Positions 48,201 through 58,863 of a stretch of 64,000 nucleotides of DNA are shown in pieces. Within the stretch, counting starts at the first letter, position 1; the number at the start of each line of letters is the position of its first letter. Position numbers and translations under genes: made by a program. Origin of the DNA: Sphaerodactylus townsendi (lineage: Eukaryota); NCBI RefSeq assembly GCF_021028975.2, contig NC_059426.1, forward strand, positions 66,154,001 to 66,218,000, in the 5' to 3' direction. The notes under the pieces were generated by a model that was not told where the DNA came from, did no database searches, and was given only the letters and a program-made list of their open reading frames with translations.

Positions 48201-51200
48201 CCAGAACATCTTATTGTTAACAGCCTTGCTCATGTCTTGCAAACTGAATCCCATTGCTTTCCTTGTAGAGTTAATCCATCTCGTGTTGGGTCTTCCTCTT
48301 TTCCTCCTGCCTTCAATCTTTCCTAGCATTATTGTCTTTTGCTGTGACTCTTGTCTTCACATTATGTGGCCAAAGTACAACAGACCTAGTTTAGTTATCT
48401 TAACTTCTAGGTATATTTTAGGGTTGAGTTGATCTAGAATCCACTTATTCCTTTTGTGTGTGGAGGGGGGGCAGTCTACAGTACCTTTAACACTCTCTTC
48501 CAATGCTACATCCCTGCCCTTTTTAACTATTTTCCCTGGAATGTAAGGCATTATAGCATATCCAACATCGCCAGCATAAACAGGGAATAAGATGAGAAAA
48601 AATGCTGAAAACAGTGTTTGAAATTAGTCTTAACATGTTCTGAGAAACTCTTCTCTACCCGCAAACATACCTCTATGTGATATCATGTTAGAAAATAGGT
48701 GGAACCAGGTGGAATGGGAAGCACTGCATTTTGGTTTATTGATGCTACAGCATGATCTCTTACCTTTTCTTCCTCGATGCCACCAGTAGAGGTGAAATTT
48801 CCCAAGGCCCTTTCAAGGAAAGTAACCATACTTGTAGGAAAGGCAGTGTCAGGGAGCTCCATACTGCAGATACACTCTTCATTCAAGTCACTTGATGTTT
48901 CTGTATCATGGAAAATGATGTGATCTGCCGTAACCTGGAAACAGAAATGCAAATGAGCAGTTTTTGGCTTTGTTGTGTGAGCCTTTTGCTCTCCAAGGGT
49001 CAGAGCCTTGGAGGGAAGAAAAGGTAATCAAACAGGCAGTGCCTAAAAGCGGCACCCTCACCCCGGTGCCCTTCATATGACACCGGTGGGAAGATGCCAC
49101 TTTCCAAATAACTCATTGAGGGAGTTAGGAAAGGAACATTTTCTCACTGTTTTGGGGGGGAGAGCACGACGCTACTGTGCTGCAGCAGCGGCAGCTGTGC
49201 GAACAGCATCCCAGGGACAGTGTTTTTACCGTCCCTAGGGCTCTGTTTTTGGCCCATGCAGAAACGGCCTTGAATCTACAAAGAATCTACAGAGAAAACA
49301 GCAGGAACACCTGAGGGAAATAAGTGGTTTTGTGAAGGAGTGAAGCCACCATGGCTCACCATGAATTTGAAAGTCTACTTATGAAGGTGGAAAGATTTCT
49401 ATATCACCTTCAAGAGGAACTGTTGAGGAAGCTTTGGCTTGCTGAGGCAGATTGGATCGAGAAGACCCGGCTTAGGCGAGTCGAAGGAGAGTCGGATTTG
49501 CGTCAAAAACTGTGCCAGTGCAGACAACCCGAGTCGGACACAAGTCGAGCTCCGCTGGCAATGCGCTGTGCGGAAACACCCTGAGAGTCAGTTTGCCTTG
49601 ATCAAGCATGTATCTGAATGGACCAGATCTAAGAGGATGAGGGGCTTTCTATATTGCTGAAACTGAAAGACCAGAATGCAGAGTTCAGTGCTGAAACCAA
49701 GGAGACAGCACTTCAGAAGCGATATACTGAGAAAATAAAACTACTTGAATTTAGGGAAAAAATGAAAGAGACATTGAAATGTTGGTGGAGAGGAAGCTGC
49801 TACTGGCTGTGAAATCAACCCAGAGGAAATTTTTCAAGAAATGAGGGCAGACAGGTAATCCTCAGCAAAGAGAAAAGCTGAACTTTAGCAGCCTGTCCTA
49901 TCAGATTGAAAAGGGACTAAAAACGAGGCACTGATCATAGAAGCTGTCATCAAGGTAATTTCTCCTGAACTCAGTCTAAGGAGCTATTTGGAGGGGGAAA
50001 GGGATCTCAGCTTAACAAAATTAAGGTACATCTTGAGATCCTGTTATCAAGTAAAAGATATATGATATGATATCTTAGTCAGCTTCCTTCCTGTCTTTGG
50101 CCACTGAAACATGAGCACTCGGGGCTTGGGCTTAGGCCATGCTTTTTGTTTTGTTTTTGTTGGTATTTGCAAGTGTCTGTCACAATCCAGCTACTAAAGG
50201 GTAAACTGTCTTTTATGTAAACCAGTTGCTGAGATCACTGTTTTATGACCTACTCTATTGATTAGCTATTGGTTAATCAATCAGACCTTGGTTACAAGCT
50301 AATTGTCACATAGCCTGAGGTTATAAAGTTAACTCTATTTCTTTGTTTGAGAGTATAGCACACTTGTTCAAAAGCCACGAGGCAAGTTAGCAAATTACCT
50401 GCAAAGATGTAGTCTTCTACTGTAAATATATAACAGAGCAGAATACCTTGTTATTGTTTTATCTCCATATAACCCTTCCCTAAACTAGTACATTATATTT
50501 TTATATGAAAGCAATTCAGCATCCCTGCATATCTTTATTTGCCACCGCGCATCTCTGCTACTTAAGAATCTCTTTGAATATATTTTCAAACCCTTCAGTT
50601 TTGTTTTATTTTGAGCCTCCCCGTGCTGCCTAGAAGCCCTCCTGGAGGTTGCGTGGCAGAGCCAAAGTGGTGCTGTGGCTTGTTGCCACCAGGCTCTGGA
50701 TTGGGCTGTTATTTACTTTATCTCACTGTTCTCCCCAATGGAAACCCAAAGCTGCTTATTTTGTTTCTTCCCTCCTCCATTTTATCCTCACAAAAACCCT
50801 GTAAGGTAGGTTAGGCTGAGGTTGTGTGAGTGACCCAAGGTGATCCATCAAGTTTCCAGGGTGAAAGTGGGATTTCAACCTAGATTTTCCATATCCTAGT
50901 GATCTAGTCTGACACTTTAACCATTCAGTATGGTGGTTCTCCCTTGTAATAATTTTTTCTTATGTGGAAGCAAGGAACACTACCAGTCATGGTGCCATAC
51001 ATCAAGGTGGTTGCAAGAAAGAGTTCAGGTGGGAGATGACAGATGGTCACTCCAAAGGTCAACCAAACATCATGACCCCACAGTCAGAGACAACACATAC
51101 TGAAAGTATCTAATCAGAGTAGAGACGAGCCAACTAACATAGGGCTGAATGAAGTGATGACTACTTATATCTGTCATCACACTCCTGAGCAGTGGCGTAT

Positions 51201-54029
51201 TTGCCTAGGGACAAGGCCCTTGTCCCCGGGCACCACTGTTCTGGTCACATGGGGGGTGCAAAATCGGTCCCCCACATGACCAGGAAAACAGCAGTGGGGG
51301 GGATGGAGCCAGGCGCCCTTGACCCTGCCCATGTTGATGATACATGGGTGGGGTTGAGGGCACTCGAAGACGACGAGGCGGCAGAACTTTCTGCTGCCGT
51401 CATCTCCGAGCTCCCTTGACCCCACCCATGTCATCATCAACATGGACATGGGCAGGGTCAAGGGTGTCCAGCTCTGCCCCCCTCCACCCCAGCTCTGCCC
51501 CCCCTCCGTGCCCCCCTGCCAGCTGGGCTCCCAGCCGGCAGCCAGCAGTCCCTTCTGCCCTCCCCTCTGGGCAGGCCAAAAGAGACTGCAGCCCCCAACT
51601 TCGGAGAGCTGCTTTTATAAACACTGAGTGGAGTGGGGCTTGGGGAGGATGGCCATGCCCCAAGGGTGTGTGGCCCCAACCCTGAACCCCACCCCCCAGC
51701 CTCAGTGCTTATAAAAGCAGCTCTCCAAGGCCGGGGACCACAGTCTCTTCTGGCCTCCCTGGAGGGGAGGGCATAAGGGACTGCCAATTGCCAGCTGGGG
51801 GGGCAGGGCCCAACCCCCAGGCAAGGGTGGGGCAGGAGCAAGGGGGCAGAGTCCCGCCCCCAGGCAGCAGGGGTGGTGGTGCCTGGAGAAAATTTGTCTC
51901 CCGGTGCCATTTACCTCCGGTACACCTCTGCTCCTGAGCAAAATCCCAGAATGGTAACTTGATGGGAAAGAAATGTATTACCTAGTGCTTCTTAAATCAA
52001 GTCAAAATGTCAGCTTTGTGGGATACACATGCACAAGTATGCAGGGTGGAAAACAACCTCCCAGGAGTATCCTGAGAAAGTTAGAAAAACTGTTACAGAT
52101 ACATAAAAAACTGAAATAAAAAGCAGCAAATGAGCCATCAGTACCTCCTAAAGGGAGAATCAAGGACCAGTTTGTCACCAGATGATGAGGTTTTGATTGT
52201 CCCTATTCTTATTAGCTCATACAAAATGGAAAATGTGATAACTGGCTAAAGTGTAATTAAGAAAATAGCTGCTATTGTACTGGTTAAGATTGTGAAACAT
52301 CTGAATCCCACCTTATTAATAAAATGAAAGTCATATTACCATACCTTGACACAGAGAAAATGCAGACCTTTGTGAACATGATCAAAGTCAACAATCTTGG
52401 TCATGTATGTGAACTTAAGGTTGGAAAAGGGGACGCTCTGGTTCCAAGGGGAAAGACTATCAATGTGAGGTGTAGGGTCCACCCCTGGCTTCACATGGGA
52501 AGTTTGAGAATTATATTTGAATGATATCCACATGCTTTGTGGCCCAAAGACCTTCATATTGAAGAAATTCTGACCCAACTACCAAGGGGATCAACCCTGT
52601 CTAGTAAATATCCCAGTCAGCATGCCTCACAGCATGGTACTGTGTTAAGGGGCAAGACACTGTCAGGAAGTCGCCATCAGATTAGGTCAGAAACCCTTGG
52701 GGATATTCAAAAATTAAAACTATTTCAAATAGTTTCTGACTCAAAACCTAACAACTTGCTTGAAGAACCCTGGCATTAGAACAGAGCATTTCCTACTCGT
52801 ATGACATTCTAATTTACAGTGGCACCTTTGAAGAACACATGGAGAAGGTGAGGAAGGTGTTACAAAATCTACAGAAGTATGGTTGAAGCTTTCAAGTATA
52901 CTCTCTTTAAAGAGAAGTAAATTAATTAGGAATGGTGGTGTCTGCAGAGAGTTACAGAGTGGATCAGTTGACACTTTGGCAGTTTTCACTCTGGCAGAAC
53001 TAGCTCCAAAGACTTGGAAAACTTCATAAATCACTAGAGTTCCTTCCTTATTATTAAAAGTATATTCCAAACATAACAAAACCCTTGTATGACCTACTGG
53101 ACTCTTGCCCAGGATCTATCACAACTAAATCTTACAGATCAATCCAGAGGAGGAAACCAATGGCTAGGGGGAAAGGGGATTTCTGGATACCTAGCTTCTA
53201 CACAACCAATAACTTGGGCTAAAAACCACCAGAGCTCATTAAATGAACTACTTATTTATTATTTGTTTTATTTGTTTTATTTCTGCAATTTATACCCCAT
53301 CCAGTGGTGGGATTCAGCAGGTTTGCACCACTTCGGCAGAACTGGTTGTTAAAATGGTGCTTGTAAGCAACCAGTTGTTAAATTATTTGAATCCCACCGC
53401 CAGAACCAGTTGTTAAATTATTTGAATCCCACCACCTATACCATAGTCTCACAGTGGCTTGACCACTTAACATGGCCTCCAGTAATGGCATACCCAAATA
53501 CGTTATTATCTTTTATTTTATAGGTGGATGGCTCCAATGAAAAACTTGGTGCAGTTCTCTTATCAATGTCAGGAATGGCAACTCCAAGTTATTGGATATG
53601 GTTCAAGGAAACCATATCACAGCAGCAGAGAAAAAATGATCACCTGCATGCAACGAACCTAGAATTCTTGGCCTTGTGGGTACATCCCCACAGATTATTC
53701 CTGATTCTCAAATTTCATTTCTCTATTTTAACATTGACACTGTATGTCACTGCCTATCCACTTGCTGCACTTTTCTGGGTTCTCTGATCATGGCTTACCC
53801 TTCTGTTTGTTATATCAATGCAGAGGTCGATGCTTCCATCAGCAGCAGTGGCATTACCTAAAATCCCTTTTTGTTTTATCGCCAAAGGAAGAAGGGCCAT
53901 CAATCTTCTTATGCATTTGACTTCTAATCAGAACTTCTTTCACCTCGACCACCATACTTTCATTTCTTTGAGCAATATACTCACCAAGGAGGTTACAATG
54001 AAGTAGAGTCGCAGCAAAGGCATAGCCAT
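38310..54029 (-). CDS. Secreted olfactomedin-4-like (tiarin-like) protein, complement(join(38310..39211,40518..40689,45609..45818,48764..48934,53985..54029)), 499 aa
   Basis: Signal peptide MAMPLLRLYFIVTSLVTA; CxC motif CICSMELPDTAFP; coiled coil LETFDENNVLATRREI; OLF domain LNWRGFSY..GWGKD, GLYWVAPLNTD, WQDFDFAGDEKGLW, YNPNDQKLY. Five exons like OLFM4; phases 0,0,0,1; 1500 nt open. Confidence 0.9.
39665..39812. mobile_element. 148-bp palindromic hAT MITE
   Basis: Near-perfect hairpin caggggtagggaacct...aggttcccaacccctg flanked by an exact 8-bp TSD ATCTATAC. Confidence 0.9.
40518..40689 (-). CDS. Olfactomedin-like exon 4
   Basis: INNISSMVWQLETFDENNVLATRREIDSIRKQLADCE...PAIG|gtaagt. Confidence 0.92.
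41405..41589. other. Assembly gap (185 N)
   Basis: Run of N. Confidence 1.
42895..43098 (-). mobile_element. 5S-derived SINE, best-preserved copy
   Basis: Reverse complement contains cagatctcagaagctaagtagggtcag...agtatttggatgggagacc (5S-like) and an RTE-like tail. Confidence 0.7.
43462..45447. mobile_element. Second inverted Penelope-like pair, split by a nested hAT-like insertion (~43527-45228)
   Basis: Arms 43466-43526 plus 45229-45270 (minus) and 45320-45447 (plus) match the 18606-19687 family; tatcccca on both flanks. Confidence 0.55.
43612..43842. other. Assembly gap (231 N)
   Basis: Run of N. Confidence 1.
45609..45818 (-). CDS. Olfactomedin-like exon 3 (coiled coil)
   Basis: tttctctag|VSKIHFRIIEFQNKLDNLTKII...DGGIDRLIGE|gtaggt; aligns with OLFM4 exon 3; 210 nt, phase 0/0. 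Confidence 0.88.
46710..46850. mobile_element. 141-bp Harbinger-type MITE with TAA TSD
   Basis: taa|ggctcattccgcac...gtgcggaaggggcc|taa. Confidence 0.85.
48150..48510 (-). mobile_element. RTE/BovB-type LINE 3' fragment
   Basis: NKWILDQLNPKIYLEVKITKLGLLYFGHIM plus RTE-like 3' end; (CA)n tail at 48116-48150. Confidence 0.8.
48764..48934 (-). CDS. Olfactomedin-like exon 2
   Basis: tgtttccag|VTADH...EECICSMELPDTAFP...EEEK|gtaaga. Confidence 0.9.
51190..51930. mobile_element. GC-rich hAT non-autonomous element
   Basis: TIR cagtggcgta / tacacctctg, exact 8-bp TSD CTCCTGAG, internal inverted repeats. Confidence 0.8.
53302..53436. mobile_element. Short hAT-like MITE with a duplicated 30-bp terminal unit
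   Basis: cagtggtgggattca...tgaatcccaccac; aaccagttgttaaattatttgaatcccacc occurs twice. Confidence 0.65.
53985..54029 (-). CDS. Olfactomedin-like exon 1 (signal peptide)
   Basis: acaATGG Kozak; MAMPLLRLYFIVTSL|gtgagt, phase 0. Confidence 0.8.
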
Positions 54030-54078
54030 TGTTTCTGGAGTTTGCCACATCTACATGGGGGGCTTTTTTTGAACCCAC

Positions 54079-54084
54079 TTTATA
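54079..54084 (-). promoter_or_regulatory. TATA box of the olfactomedin-like gene
   Basis: TATAAA on the minus strand 50 nt upstream of the ATG. Confidence 0.7.
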
Positions 54085-57000
54085 ACTGGGAAGGCTCTGG
54101 GGGAAGGAGCAGAATGTTCCAGAGTGGAATTTCCCTAAAGATGGGAATTGGACTGGATGTTATGAACTTTCCAAAATTAGTTTCATTTGCACATTTATGA
54201 GCCTCTCAGAGGAGGTGTTCCTATCTAATCAGATAAAATTAAACCACAAGCAAGTCGGCTACAAGTAGTCATCTTGTGCTTTCTGCCTCCTCTGCTTCTC
54301 TTCAGATCACAATGAGAGTTAATTAAGAATCACAGAATGATTTTTTGGGTGTCACAGTCTACCATGATCCTGTCCTCCTCGCCAGGCTTTGGGTCACAAA
54401 ACACGAGCCTGAGAAGAAAAATATATTAATCACTAGCGGCCCAGTGCACAATATTTTTGGGCAGTTGTCCACAAACGTTACAGTATTGAAGAAACTCAGG
54501 CAAAGTTGTCCCACTAGATTCTTTTACTAGTTCATCTCTTTGTGGGGAATATATAACTTGCTTTATAATTTTGAATCCTATGAATGATCTATTGTGACCA
54601 AGTGTAAGAGCAACTTGTTCCTCCAATCTCTAGGAGAAGCTGGGGTGTTTGGAATGACCAGCCCCTCTGCCAGTTACAAAGAAACTTTGTCATGCTCCCA
54701 ACCCCTTTGTCTAGAGTAGCGTTTCAACTTTCAAGAATAGCCTAAGAGGGGAAAGCAAATCATTAAACAAATTGATAAATATGCCAGTTTTTTAATAGCC
54801 TGACTGGAACAAACACTGGGGGTGGTGTGGTGGAGGGGGACACAAAATCCCACCCTGAGCAGTCAGAGCTATTTAATGTTGAACTATTAAACAAAGTTAA
54901 CAAATACTGTTGTGTGTCGCATATTATTCTTTTGGGATTGATCAGGGGTTCTTTCCATTTCTTAAGCTCTTATGGTTCCAAATGATGTGGTAAATTCATT
55001 TCTTCTTGGGTTCTTTATATTCAAATGGAGATCTTCTTCCACTCATTGTTGCTTGTTATTTCAGCATTCCCTGCCTTGAACAGGTTATCGCATGCAAGAA
55101 AAGTACTCCCCACGCAGTGTGGGAGAATGAGGGCTCACTGCTTGTTCTGCTTCTTGGGCTCAGAGCTAATCATTGCAAGAAGCATTGCTTTCATAGAACC
55201 ATTGACAGAATACATGCTGCTCGCATTGGAACTATTCATTAACTTCAAAAAGAGAAGCTTGTCCTTATGGCCTGGAGAGCTGAAAGTGCTTCTTCCCACA
55301 GTATGTGACTCTTACAACACACAGGGAAAAAAAGGCATAACTATTGGGTTGGATCCAAAGGTTTCCATGAATAGAAAGAATGTCCAGAAATGATTTTTAT
55401 ACTGTTTCCCCTCAGCTGTGGCCTGCATTTTTCAAAAACACTGTACTGAAGGTCAGGAACCTTGCAGCGTTAAATGAAATGCAACATGAGGGGCTGCAGC
55501 AAAAGAAGGAATGGACAGTTATTGTTTTCAAAGGGTTTTTTAAAACTTCATGGTTAGTTCCATCCCTCTTGATACATATATCCAGCTGTATTGTTTTGCA
55601 TATTGTTTGGGAAGGTTCCTTTACCCTCAGCCTTTGGAGATACAGGGGGGCTGCTGGATGAAGACATCAAACAGTCTATGAGGAAATGCAGATCCAGCTC
55701 ATAATGTCTGACCTGCGTTCTTATTGATTCAAGGAAATTATGCAAAAGTACAAGGACATACACAGGATTTGTGCTAAACATCACCAGAACTGAGCTTTTT
55801 TTTTTTCTGGGTTGCTGTTCAGAATCCCAAACAAATTTTTACTGCTGAGGAGGAGGTTCATAAGAGCAAAGGATTAAGGAGGGAATTTCTGTTACTTCAG
55901 ATAGTATGGGAAGTGCTTTTAACGCTCACCAGCTATAGAGTTTGACCACAGCCTCTCCATTAGAGCTACCACATTGTTAGAATAGTGAGTTATCCTGGCC
56001 AATAGAGGGAGCTACAACAAAGACTAGTCAGTAAGGAATTGGAATTGCAGCTCCTGGCCAGAGTACTAAAGAAGGAGTTTGGCTTGCTACCAGTTAGTCC
56101 TAACAAAGCCTGAGTTACTGAAAGTAGATCTCTGTTATCTTTGAACGATCCAATAAAATACATATGGTGAGTTTCCACATAGCTTTAATTTTGCATATTG
56201 TTTTGGAGGGTTTTCTACCCTCAGCAGCAGATCTTTGGAAGTGCAGGGGGACTGCTGAGGGGAAAAAAATTCAAAGAGTCTATGAGGAAACTGCTCATAA
56301 TGTCTAACCTGAGTTCTTATCTATAAAAGGAAATTATATATAATTTATATAATTATAAGTAATTGAGATGATAAAATATTTGGTTCCTTAGTTATTTCCA
56401 GACAAAATGAGGAATCACTGGAGGAAAAAAAAACCCTCAACAACCTCACTATTAGTTGGAGCTAGTTGTAATGGATGAACTTCTTGGATTCTTTAGTTTG
56501 AGTTCAGTTTATTTCTATTAACCTGGATGTATATTACTGCACAACTGCTATTTTTAAACTGTCCAAACAATAAGACAAGAGTGAACCTGGACTAAGGATT
56601 ATAGCAGTTTGGGAGATTTAACAAAAAATACAGACCTTACAGACTTTACATGCTTACCAGAGCTGGAACAGTGGGAGGCCAAGTTAGTTGGGATGAATGA
56701 GAACTACAGGCTGTTCGTTTGGGCCAACAGACAGGCCTTAAACCCTGTAAGCTGGGGTGTAAGGCCACGGAATATCATCACAGGGAAGGAAGGGATTTGG
56801 GGTGCTGGTTGACGGGGGATCTGAGTCTCTGACCACATTGGGGAGCCACAAATTTCAATGAAGTCCCCAGTGACTGGGAAGGAGTCCCAGAAATTGATTG
56901 GGCTGGTATGCTTTGCAGCTATGCTGAAAAGTGTCCAAATAGACTCCAAGATCAATAGTTCCAACTTTGAGCCTTAGGTACTTCCAGCTTGTTGTACCAG

Positions 57001-57731
57001 CACTGTGCCATTGTTGTTGGGTAACCCTGTGAAAGTGGAAATGATGGGCACAAGGACTTCCGTGGCATATTGGGACCCTGCAGAGCCTTGGGAAGCTTCG
57101 GGGAGCATTGGAGACTGTCGGGGCTTTTCCAGAGTACCTCGGAGAGACTCAAAGTTTGTTAAAGGGCCACAAGACCTTGTGAAAAAGGACGAGGTTCCCT
57201 CTAGAACACCTTGGAGAGACTCAGAGTCTGCCAATGACCAACAAGTTCTCATGGAAAACACCAACGTTTTCTGTATCATCTATGAGAGGCCTATTGAGGA
57301 ATTAGGTTACAAACAATGGATATTCTTATTCAACATGGTATATAACATCTTCTACAAGTTGGACAGAGGATCTCTGAGACATGCTACGGGGTTGGAATAT
57401 TAGTAACAGGAGATCTGTAGAAGTTCACCCCAGTATGATACGAGGTCCAGGTTATCCAGACCCCATTCACACAAACAAGTCTAATATAATGTGCAAAAAT
57501 CATACATAACAGATGTAACAACGTGTTCTGACTGCTTAGCCTGGTAGACAGCACTGCCTTTCAGTGTAGCTACTGTTAAGAGAACAGACATATAACTTTG
57601 GACAATAAAACATGCCAAAGAAAATTATTTTATTATATTATCAGATCACTGTCCTGATCTATGGATATGACATGTAATGTACCTCAACAAAATGGTTAAA
57701 ATACGTAAGAGGGATTCAGGAAGGTCTAGTG

Positions 57732-58254
57732 CAGTGATGGCAAACCTTTTCGAGACCGAGTGCCCAAATTGCAACCCAAGACCCACTTATTTATCGCAAA
57801 ATGCCAACACAGCAATTTAACCTGAATACTGAGGTTTTAGTTTAGAAAAAACGGTTGGCTCCGAGGCATGCGTTACTCAAGAGTAAGCTTGGTGGTAGTC
57901 AGTGGCTTTGCTTTGAAGCAATCATGTAACTCTTCCAACGGGTGAATCACGACCCTAGCAGGGTTTACTCAGAAGCCAGCCCCATTGCCAGCAACTGAGC
58001 TTACTCCCAGGTAAAGGATCGCGCTGTAGCTCTTTGCATGAAAATCAGTGGGGTTTAACAGCGCTTAACAGGTTTACCCACACTGCTTCCCCAAAACAAG
58101 GTCTTAGGTTTAATGCTACTAATCGAGCCCAGCGGCCCAGGCCAGCCTAGATGTGTGTGTGGGGTGTGGGGTGGGGCGACTCTGTTTGGGCGTGCCAACA
58201 GAGAGGGCTCTGAGTGCCACCTCTGGCACCCATGCCATAGGTTCGCCACCACTG
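57732..58254. mobile_element. hAT non-autonomous element
   Basis: 16-bp TIR cagtgatggcaaacct / aggttcgccaccactg, exact TSD GTCTAGTG. Confidence 0.9.
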
Positions 58255-58442
58255 GTCTAGTGAGTAGAGAGTAAGAGTGATACTTCACAGAAAGTGAGTA
58301 TAAAGAATAACAGCTGGGGAAAAATGTGAATAGCTTGGTTGACACAATACTATATCCTATCTTGAAGTTCAGCCACATTGGCAATACAGTGATATTTACT
58401 ATCTCCAAAGGTCTCACAAGTTTTGCTGAGACTGAAGGAAGT

Positions 58443-58863
58443 TTATATGTTTATAGTGGCGGTCTTAGGAGCATGGTAAATAAAATGACACAATGGGGAT
58501 AATCTCTGAGAGCCCCAACGTTCATTTATGTTCTGCATGTGCACATTATCAAGGGCAACATTGCCATATACAGGATAGCCAGATGCATGGACATGCATGG
58601 AAAGTACTTTAGAGACTGCAGTCATGTAGCCATGACCACGATATTCTGGAAGGGTATAGCCATGTGCCAATGCACCAAAAGGATCAAAAAGGCCCCAGCT
58701 GATCAGGAGTCCATTGCCATCTAGGATGCATCTGTTGGGGAAGGAACGCACCAAAGTGGCCAGGTACCTACGACTCTGTTCACTACCCCCGTAGGGCCAT
58801 TTTTCATTCAGCAGGTCTACATGGGAGCTATCCAAAGTGGAAAGTCTCAGGCTGGGATCTAGC
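58443..58863 (-). CDS. GLYATL-like last exon
   Basis: ttcttccag|G CTA GAT CCC...TATINI TAA. Confidence 0.92.

Larger units (their letters stand above)
49300..53680 (+). mobile_element. Decayed Gypsy LTR retrotransposon (gag-pol relic) with nested insertions
   Basis: gag-like GQTGNPQQREKLNFSSLSYQIEKGL / IIEAVIKVISPELSLRSYLEG (~49845-50060); RT YSYDILIYSGTFEEHMEKVRKVLQ (~52790); KPLYDLL; RNase H VDGSNEKLGAVL...HLHATNLEFLAL (~53524-53675). Confidence 0.8.

Noticed and set aside
50399-50419. Possible 18-21 nt micro-exon of the olfactomedin gene
   Set aside because: It lies in an LTR-like insertion, and exons 1 and 2 already join into a clean signal peptide.
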